DNA from: Auanema rhodensis | Lineage: Eukaryota > Animalia > Nematoda | NCBI GenBank assembly: GCA_964057225.1 | Contig: OZ059897.1 | Coordinates: 19,282,001 to 19,346,000, forward strand | Direction of reading: 5' to 3' | DNA length: 64,000 bases | Shown here: in pieces, positions 53,801 through 64,000 of the stretch | How positions within the stretch are numbered: position 1 is the stretch's first letter | Layout of the letters: each line of letters starts with the position of its first letter | Translations under genes and position numbers: made by a program | The notes under the pieces: model-generated | Database searches by the model: none | What the model saw: only the letters and a program-made list of their open reading frames with translations | What the model was told of the DNA's origin: nothing

Positions 53801-55105
53801 CAAAAATTTTTTCGAAAAATTTCAAAATAATTTAGCAAAAAGTAGATGTTTTTAGATTCCTTTTTTCAAGGCAAAGACGATGGACAATGTTATTTAACGA
53901 AAAAATTAATTCTTCAGGGTGAAAATCGAGGATATAAGTGTAAACTTATATCAGTTGATATCTCGGTGCATTTTTAAGCTAGCGCAAATCTGATAACACA
54001 GATCGACGCAGCTTAAAAATCCGCATCGAATGCACTATACTACATTGAGAAACGCTTAATACAAAAATTAGTTATGATCGTTTGAAAAATGATGCATTAG
54101 TGTATGTTGAGTTTCCATGTACACTCAACATTGCTTCCAAAAACATTTTGACAAAAATTTTTTCGAAAAATTTCAAAATAATTTAGCAAAAAGTAGATGT
54201 TTTTAGATTTCTTTTTTCAAGGCAAAGACGATGGACAATGTTATTCAACGAAAAAATTAATTCTTCATGGTGAAAATCGAGGATATAAGTGTGAACTTAT
54301 ATCAGTTGATATCTCGGTGCATTTTTAAGCTAGCGCAAATCTGATAACACAGATCGACGCAGCTTAAAAATCCGCATCGAATGCACTATACTACATTGAG
54401 AAACGCTCAATACAAAAATTAGTTATGATCGTTTGAAAAATGATGCATTAGTGTATGTTGAGTTTCCATGTACACTCAACATTGCTTCCAAAAACATTTT
54501 GACAAAAATTTTTTCGAAAAATTTCAAAATAATTTAGCAAAAAGTAGATGTTTTTAGATTTCTTTTTTCAAGGCAAAGACGATGGACAATGTTATTCAAC
54601 GAAAAAATTAATTCTTCAGGGTGAAAATCGAGGATATAAGTGTAAACTTATATCAGTTGATATCTCGGTGCATTTTTAAGCTAGCGCAAATCTGATAACA
54701 CAGATCGACGCAGCTTAAAAATCCGCATCGAATGCACTATACTACATTGAGAAACGCTCAATACAAAAATTAGTTATGATCGTTTGAAAAATGATGCATT
54801 AGTGTATGTTGAGTTTCCATGTACACTCAACATTGCTTCCAAAAACATTTTGACAAAAATTTTTTCGAAAAATTTCAAAATAATTTAGCAAAAAGTAGAT
54901 GTTTTTAGATTCCTTTTTTCAAGGCAAAGACGATGGACAATGTTATTTAACGAAAAAATTAATTCTTCAGGGTGAAAATCGAGGATATAAGTGTAAACTT
55001 ATATCAGTTGATATCTCGGTGCATTTTTAAGCTAGCGCAAATCTGATAACACAGATCGACGCAGCTTAAAAATCCGCATCGAATGCACTATACTACATTG
55101 AGAAA

Positions 55106-57207
55106 CGCTTAATACAAAAATTAGTTATGATCGTTTGAAAAATGATGCATTAGTGTATGTTGAGTTTCCATGTACACTCAACATTGCTTCCAAAAACATT
55201 TTGACAAAAATTTTTTCGAAAAATTTCAAAATAATTTAGCAAAAAGTAGATGTTTTTAGATTCCTTTTTTCAAGGCAAAGACGATGGACAATGTTATTCA
55301 ACGAAAAAATTAATTCTTCAGGGTGAAAATCGAGGATATAAGTGTGAACTTATAACAGTTGATATCTCGGTACATTTTTAAGCTAGCGCAAATCTGATAA
55401 CACAGATCGACGCAGCTTAAAAATCCGCATCGAATGCACTATACTACATTGAGAAACGCTTAATACAAAAATTAGTTATGATCGTTTGAAAAATGATGCA
55501 TTAGTGTTTGTTGAGTTTCCATGTACACTCAACATTGCTTCCAAAAACATTTTGACAAAAATTTTTTCGAAAAATTTCAAAATAATTTAGCAAAAAGTAG
55601 ATGTTTTTAGATTCCTTTTTTCAAGGCAAAGACGATGGACAATGTTATTAAACGAAAAAATTAATTCTTCAGGGTGAAAATCGAGGATATAAGTGTGAAC
55701 TTATAACAGTTGATATCTCGGTACATTTTTAAGCTAGCGCAAATCTGATAACACAGATCGACGCAGCTTAAAAATCCGCATCGAATGCACTATACTACAT
55801 TGAGAAACGCTTAATACAAAAATTAGTTATGATCGTTTGAAAAATGATGCATTAGTGTATGTTGAGTTTCCATGTACACTCAACATTGCTTCCAAAAACA
55901 TTTTGACAAAAATTTTTTCGAAAAATTTCAAAATAATTTAGCAAAAAGTAGATGTTTTTAGATTCCTTTTTTCAAGGCAAAGACGATGGACAATGTTATT
56001 TAACGAAAAAATTAATTCTTCAGGGTGAAAATCGAGGATATAAGTGTAAACTTATATCAGTTGATATCTCGGTGCATTTTTAAGCTAGCGCAAATCTGAT
56101 AACACAGATCGACGCAGCTTAAAAATCCGCATCGAACACTATACTACATTGAGAAACGCTTAATACAAAAATTAGTTATGATCGTTTGAAAAATGATGCA
56201 TTAGTGTATGTTGAGTTTCCATGTACACTCAACATTGCTTCCAAAAACATTTTGACAAAAATTTTTTCGAAAAATTTCAAAATAATTTAGCAAAAAGTAG
56301 ATGTTTTTAGATTCCTTTTTTCAAGGCAAAGACGATGGACAATGTTATTCAACGAAAAAATTAATTCTTCAGGGTGAAAATCGAGGATATAAGTGTGAAC
56401 TTATAACAGTTGATATCTCGGTACATTTTTAAGCTAGCGCAAATCTGATAACACAGATCGACGCAGCTTAAAAATCCGCATCGAATGCACTATACTACAT
56501 TGAGAAACGCTTAATACAAAAATTAGTTATGATCGTTTGAAAAATGATGCATTAGTGTTTGTTGAGTTTCCATGTACACTCAACATTGCTTCCAAAAACA
56601 TTTTGACAAAAATTTTTTCGAAAAATTTCAAAATAATTTAGCAAAAAGTAGATGTTTTTAGATTCCTTTTTTCAAGGCAAAGACGATGGACAATGTTATT
56701 AAACGAAAAAATTAATTCTTCAGGGTGAAAATCGAGGATATAAGTGTGAACTTATAACAGTTGATATCTCGGTACATTTTTAAGCTAGCGCAAATCTGAT
56801 AACACAGATCGACGCAGCTTAAAAATCCGCATCGAATGCACTATACTACATTGAGAAACGCTTAATACAAAAATTAGTTATGATCGTTTGAAAAATGATG
56901 CATTAGTGTATGTTGAGTTTCCATGTACACTCAACATTGCTTCCAAAAACATTTTGACAAAAATTTTTTCGAAAAATTTCAAAATAATTTAGCAAAAAGT
57001 AGATGTTTTTAGATTCCTTTTTTCAAGGCAAAGACGATGGACAATGTTATTTAACGAAAAAATTAATTCTTCAGGGTGAAAATCGAGGATATAAGTGTAA
57101 ACTTATATCAGTTGATATCTCGGTGCATTTTTAAGCTAGCGCAAATCTGATAACACAGATCGACGCAGCTTAAAAATCCGCATCGAACACTATACTACAT
57201 TGAGAAA
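55106..57207. repeat. Tandem duplication of a 3-monomer unit (1051 bp x2)
   Basis: [T250A]-[A52T,C194A,T250A]-[2-bp TG deletion] starts at 55106 and again at 56157. Confidence 0.85.
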
Positions 57208-60200
57208 CGCTTAATACAAAAATTAGTTATGATCGTTTGAAAAATGATGCATTAGTGTATGTTGAGTTTCCATGTACACTCAACATTGCTTCCAAAAACA
57301 TTTTGACAAAAATTTTTTCGAAAAATTTCAAAATAATTTAGCAAAAAGTAGATGTTTTTAGATTCCTTTTTTCAAGGCAAAGACGATGGACAATGTTATT
57401 CAACGAAAAAATTAATTCTTCAGGGTGAAAATCGAGGATATAAGTGTGAACTTATAACAGTTGATATCTCGGTACATTTTTAAGCTAGCGCAAATCTGAT
57501 AACACAGATCGACGCAGCTTAAAAATCCGCATCGAATGCACTATACTACATTGAGAAACGCTTAATACAAAAATTAGTTATGATCGTTTGAAAAATGATG
57601 CATTAGTGTATGTTGAGTTTCCATGTACACTCAACATTGCTTCCAAAAACATTTTGACAAAAATTTTTTCGAAAAATTTCAAAATAATTTAGCAAAAAGT
57701 AGATGTTTTTAGATTCCTTTTTTCAAGGCAAAGACGATGGACAATGTTATTTAACGAAAAAATTAATTCTTCAGGGTGAAAATCGAGGATATATGTGTAA
57801 ACTTATATCAGTTGATATCTCGGTGCATTTTTAAGCTAGCGCAAATCTGATAACACAGATCGACGCAGCTTAAAAATCCGCATCGAATGCACTATACTAC
57901 ATTGAGAAACGCTCAATACAAAAATTAGTTATGATCGTTTGAAAAATGATGCATTAGTGTATGTTGAGTTTCCATGTACACTCAACATTGCTTCCAAAAA
58001 CATTTTGACAAAAATTTTTTCGAAAAATTTCAAAATAATTTAGCAAAAAGTAGATGTTTTTAGATTCCTTTTTTCAAGGCAAAGACGATGGACAATGTTA
58101 TTTAACGAAAAAATTAATTCTTCAGGGTGAAAATCGAGGATATAAGTGTAAACTTATATCAGTTGATATCTCGGTGCATTTTTAAGCTAGCGCAAATCTG
58201 ATAACACAGATCGACGCAGCTTAAAAATCCGCATCGAATGCACTATACTACATTGAGAAACGCTTAATACAAAAATTAGTTATGATCGTTTGAAAAATGA
58301 TGCATTAGTGTATGTTGAGTTTCCATGTACACTCAACATTGCTTCCAAAAACATTTTGACAAAATATTTTTCGAAAAATTTCAAAATAATTTAGCAAAAA
58401 GTAGATGTTTTTAGATTCCTTTTTTCAAGGCAAAGACGATGGACAATGTTATTCAACGAAAAAATTAATTCTTCAGGGTGAAAATCGAGGATATAAGTGT
58501 GAACTTATATCAGTTGATATCTCGGTGCATTTTTAAGCTAGCGCAAATCTGATAACACAGATCGACGCAGCTTAAAAATCCGCATCGAATGCACTATACT
58601 ACATTGAGAAACGCTTAATACAAAAATTAGTTATGATCGTTTGAAAAATGATGCATTAGTGTATGTTGAGTTTCCATGTACACTCAACATTGCTTCCAAA
58701 AACATTTTGACAAAAATTTTTTCGAAAAATTTCAAAATAATTTAGCAAAAAGTAGATGTTTTTAGATTCCTTTTTTCAAGGCAAAGACGATGGACAATGT
58801 TATTTAACGAAAAAATTAATTCTTCAGGGTGAAAATCGAGGATATATGTGTAAACTTATATCAGTTGATATCTCGGTGCATTTTTAAGCTAGCGCAAATC
58901 TGATAACACAGATCGACGCAGCTTAAAAATCCGCATCGAATGCACTATACTACATTGAGAAACGCTCAATACAAAAATTAGTTATGATCGTTTGAAAAAT
59001 GATGCATTAGTGTATGTTGAGTTTCCATGTACACTCAACATTGCTTCCAAAAACATTTTGACAAAATATTTTTCGAAAAATTTCAAAATAATTTAGCAAA
59101 AAGTAGATGTTTTTAGATTCCTTTTTTCAAGGCAAAGACGATGGACAATGTTATTCAACGAAAAAATTAATTCTTCAGGGTGAAAATCGAGGATATAAGT
59201 GTGAACTTATATCAGTTGATATCTCGGTGCATTTTTAAGCTAGCGCAAATCTGATAACACAGATCGACGCAGCTTAAAAATCCGCATCGAATGCACTATA
59301 CTACATTTAGAAACGCTCAATACAAAAATTAGTTATGATCGTTTGAAAAATGATGCATTAGTGTATGTTGAGTTTCCATGTACACTCAACATTGCTTCCA
59401 AAAACATTTTGACAAAAATTTTTTCGAAAAATTTCAAAATAATTTAGCAAAAAGTAGATGTTTTTAGATTCCTTTTTTCAAGGCAAAGACGATGGACAAT
59501 GTTATTTAACGAAAAAATTAATTCTTCAGGGTGAAAATCGAGGATATAAGTGTAAACTTATATCAGTTGATATCTCGGTGCATTTTTAAGCTAGCGCAAA
59601 TCTGATAACACAGATCGACGCAGCTTAAAAATCCGCATCGAATGCACTATACTACATTGAGAAACGCTTAATACAAAAATTAGTTATGATCGTTTGAAAA
59701 ATGATGCATTAGTGTATGTTGAGTTTCCATGTACACTCAACATTGCTTCCAAAAACATTTTGACAAAAATTTTTTCGAAAAATTTCAAAATAATTTAGCA
59801 AAAAGTAGATGTTTTTAGATTTCTTTTTTCAAGGCAAAGACGATGGACAATGTTATTCAACGAAAAAATTAATTCTTCATGGTGAAAATCGAGGATATAA
59901 GTGTGAACTTATATCAGTTGATATCTCGGTGCATTTTTAAGCTAGCGCAAATCTGATAACACAGATCGACGCAGCTTAAAAATCCGCATCGAATGCACTA
60001 TACTACATTGAGAAACGCTTAATACAAAAATTAGTTATGATCGTTTGAAAAATGATGCATTAGTGTATGTTGAGTTTCCATGTACACTCAACATTGCTTC
60101 CAAAAACATTTTGACAAAAATTTTTTCGAAAAATTTCAAAATAATTTAGCAAAAAGTAGATGTTTTTAGATTCCTTTTTTCAAGGCAAAGACGATGGACA

Positions 60201-63200
60201 ATGTTATTCAACGAAAAAATTAATTCTTCAGGGTGAAAATCGAGGATATAAGTGTGAACTTATAACAGTTGATATCTCGGTACATTTTTAAGCTAGCGCA
60301 AATCTGATAACACAGATCGACGCAGCTTAAAAATCCGCATCGAATGCACTATACTACATTGAGAAACGCTTAATACAAAAATTAGTTATGATCGTTTGAA
60401 AAATGATGCATTAGTGTATGTTGAGTTTCCATGTACACTCAACATTGCTTCCAAAAACATTTTGACAAAAATTTTTTCGAAAAATTTCAAAATAATTTAG
60501 CAAAAAGTAGATGTTTTTAGATTCCTTTTTTCAAGGCAAAGACGATGGACAATGTTATTTAACGAAAAAATTAATTCTTCAGGGTGAAAATCGAGGATAT
60601 ATGTGTAAACTTATATCAGTTGATATCTCGGTGCATTTTTAAGCTAGCGCAAATCTGATAACACAGATCGACGCAGCTTAAAAATCCGCATCGAATGCAC
60701 TATACTACATTGAGAAACGCTCAATACAAAAATTAGTTATGATCGTTTGAAAAATGATGCATTAGTGTATGTTGAGTTTCCATGTACACTCAACATTGCT
60801 TCCAAAAACATTTTGACAAAAATTTTTTCGAAAAATTTCAAAATAATTTAGCAAAAAGTAGATGTTTTTAGATTCCTTTTTTCAAGGCAAAGACGATGGA
60901 CAATGTTATTTAACGAAAAAATTAATTCTTCAGGGTGAAAATCGAGGATATAAGTGTAAACTTATATCAGTTGATATCTCGGTGCATTTTTAAGCTAGCG
61001 CAAATCTGATAACACAGATCGACGCAGCTTAAAAATCCGCATCGAATGCACTATACTACATTGAGAAACGCTTAATACAAAAATTAGTTATGATCGTTTG
61101 AAAAATGATGCATTAGTGTATGTTGAGTTTCCATGTACACTCAACATTGCTTCCAAAAACATTTTGACAAAATATTTTTCGAAAAATTTCAAAATAATTT
61201 AGCAAAAAGTAGATGTTTTTAGATTCCTTTTTTCAAGGCAAAGACGATGGACAATGTTATTCAACGAAAAAATTAATTCTTCAGGGTGAAAATCGAGGAT
61301 ATAAGTGTGAACTTATATCAGTTGATATCTCGGTGCATTTTTAAGCTAGCGCAAATCTGATAACACAGATCGACGCAGCTTAAAAATCCGCATCGAATGC
61401 ACTATACTACATTTAGAAACGCTCAATACAAAAATTAGTTATGATCGTTTGAAAAATGATGCATTAGTGTATGTTGAGTTTCCATGTACACTCAACATTG
61501 CTTCCAAAAACATTTTGACAAAAATTTTTTCGAAAAATTTCAAAATAATTTAGCAAAAAGTAGATGTTTTTAGATTCCTTTTTTCAAGGCAAAGACGATG
61601 GACAATGTTATTTAACGAAAAAATTAATTCTTCAGGGTGAAAATCGAGGATATAAGTGTAAACTTATATCAGTTGATATCTCGGTGCATTTTTAAGCTAG
61701 CGCAAATCTGATAACACAGATCGACGCAGCTTAAAAATCCGCATCGAATGCACTATACTACATTGAGGAACGCTCAATACAAAAATTAGTTATGATCGTT
61801 TGAAAAATGATGCATTAGTGTATGTTGAGTTTCCATGTACACTCAACATTGCTTCCAAAAACATTTTGACAAAAATTTTTTCGAAAAATTTCAAAATAAT
61901 TTAGCAAAAAGTAGATGTTTTTAGATTCCTTTTTTCAAGGCAAAGACGATGGACAATGTTATTTAACGAAAAAATTAATTCTTCAGGGTGAAAATCGAGG
62001 ATATAAGTGTAAACTTATATCAGTTGATATCTCGGTGCATTTTTAAGCTAGCGCAAATCTGATAACACAGATCGACGCAGCTTAAAAATCCGCATCGAAT
62101 GCACTATACTACATTGAGAAACGCTTAATACAAAAATTAGTTATGATCGTTCGAAAAATGATGCATTAGTGTATGTTGAGTTTCCATGTACACTCAACAT
62201 TGCTTCCAAAAACATTTTGACAAAAATTTTTTCGAAAAATTTCAAAATAATTTAGCAAAAAGTAGATGTTTTTAGATTCCTTTTTTCAAGGCAAAGACGA
62301 TGGACAATGTTATTCAACGAAAAAATTAATTCTTCAGGGTGAAAATCGAGGATATAAGTGTGAACTTATAACAGTTGATATCTCGGTACATTTTTAAGCT
62401 AGCGCAAATCTGATAACACAGATCGACGCAGCTTAAAAATCCGCATCGAATGCACTATACTACATTGAGAAACGCTTAATACAAAAATTAGTTATGATCG
62501 TTTGAAAAATGATGCATTAGTGTATGTTGAGTTTCCATGTACACTCAACATTGCTTCCAAAAACATTTTGACAAAAATTTTTTCGAAAAATTTCAAAATA
62601 ATTTAGCAAAAAGTAGATGTTTTTAGATTCCTTTTTCCAAGGCAAAGACGATGGACAATGTTATTTAACGAAAAAATTAATTCTTCAGGGTGAAAATCGA
62701 GGATATAAGTGTAAACTTATATCAGTTGATATCTCGGTGCATTTTTAAGCTAGCGCAAATCTGATAACACAGATCGACGCAGCTTAAAAATCCGCATCGA
62801 ATGCACTATACTACATTGAGAAACGCTTAATACAAAAATTAGTTATGATCGTTTGAAAAATGATGCATTAGTGTATGTTGAGTTTCCATGTACACTCAAC
62901 ATTGCTTCCAAAAACATTTTGACAAAAATTTTTTCGAAAAATTTCAAAATAATTTAGCAAAAAGTAGATGTTTTTAGATTCCTTTTTTCAAGGCAAAGAC
63001 GATGGACAATGTTATTTAACGAAAAAATTAATTCTTCAGGGTGAAAATCGAGGATATATGTGTAAACTTATATCAGTTGATATCTCGGTGCATTTTTAAG
63101 CTAGCGCAAATCTGATAACACAGATCGACGCAGCTTAAAAATCCGCATCGAATGCACTATACTACATTGAGAAACGCTCAATACAAAAATTAGTTATGAT

Positions 63201-64000
63201 CGTTTGAAAAATGATGCATTAGTGTATGTTGAGTTTCCATGTACACTCAACATTGCTTCCAAAAACATTTTGACAAAAATTTTTTCGAAAAATTTCAAAA
63301 TAATTTAGCAAAAAGTAGATGTTTTTAGATTCCTTTTTTCAAGGCAAAGACGATGGACAATGTTATTTAACGAAAAAATTAATTCTTCAGGGTGAAAATC
63401 GAGGATATAAGTGTAAACTTATATCAGTTGATATCTCGGTGCATTTTTAAGCTAGCGCAAATCTGATAACACAGATCGACGCAGCTTAAAAATCCGCATC
63501 GAATGCACTATACTACATTGAGAAACGCTTAATACAAAAATTAGTTATGATCGTTTGAAAAATGATGCATTAGTGTATGTTGAGTTTCCATGTACACTCA
63601 ACATTGCTTCCAAAAACATTTTGACAAAAATTTTTTCGAAAAATTTCAAAATAATTTAGCAAAAAGTAGATGTTTTTAGATTCCTTATTTCAAGGCAAAG
63701 ACGATGGACAATGTTATTTAACGAAAAAATTAATTCTTCAGGGTGAAAATCGAGGATATATGTGTAAACTTATATCAGTTGATATCTCGGTGCATTTTTA
63801 AGCTAGCGCAAATCTGATAACACAGATCGACGCAGCTTAAAAATCCGCATCGAATGCACTATACTACATTGAGAAACGCTTAATACAAAAATTAGTTATG
63901 ATCGTTTGAAAAATGATGCATTAGTGTATGTTGAGTTTCCATGTACACTCAACATTGCTTCCAAAAACATTTTGACAAAAATTTTTTCGAAAAATTTCAA

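Larger units (their letters stand above)
1..64000. repeat. Satellite DNA array, 351-bp monomer, 182 full copies plus a partial, head-to-tail
   Basis: The monomer start CGCTTAATAC (or a 1-nt variant) recurs at 1, 352, 703, 3511, 7021, 10881, 42121, 58261 and 63877. Period is 351 bp apart from eight small indels. No unique sequence was seen. The array runs off both ends of the window. Confidence 0.99.
32994..64000. repeat. Array domain 3 (monomers 95-183) with 3-mer and 4-mer higher-order structure
   Basis: Variants T250A (first at 33594), T5C (first at 35455), G304A (first at 35403), A191T, A236T, A52T and the 2-bp TG deletion are confined to this part. Monomers end in TGAGAAA or single-base derivatives of it. 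Confidence 0.8.

Noticed and set aside
1-64000. CRISPR array or other repeat-spacer system
   Set aside because: There are no unique spacers; the entire 351-bp unit is repeated, and there are no adjacent genes.
1-64000. Artefactual concatemer (rolling-circle amplification or assembly collapse)
   Set aside because: Variants are shared, linked and hierarchically ordered across monomers, which random sequencing error on a single template would not produce.

Overview
The whole 64 kb window is one uninterrupted head-to-tail array of an AT-rich 351-bp tandem repeat (about 31% GC by hand count of monomer 1), typical of eukaryotic satellite DNA. It holds 182 complete monomers plus a 124-bp partial copy (63877-64000). 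All are in the same orientation, and most differ from consensus at only a few positions. Only eight indels break the register: 1 bp lost near 8087; 2-bp TG deletions near 37183, 47012, 56136 and 57187; and +T insertions near 39470, 40525 and 41930. The net shift of -6 exactly accounts for the last monomer start at 63877. I found no genes, RNA genes, CRISPR spacers, transposon insertions or inversions, and all six frames are closed by stops in every monomer. I cannot assign the repeat to a named family. The structure worth noting is at two scales. (1) The monomer is dense in dyad symmetry, with a ~67-nt foldback, a 9-bp stem capped by a GNRA-type tetraloop, and a second 9-bp stem. (2) Diagnostic variants split the array into three sequence domains containing emerging higher-order repeats (2-, 3-, 4-, 5- and 7-9-mers) and a duplication at a 28-monomer (9829-bp) offset. 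Notation such as p241 or A172G means position within the monomer, counting from CGCTTAATAC. All variant calls were made by eye.
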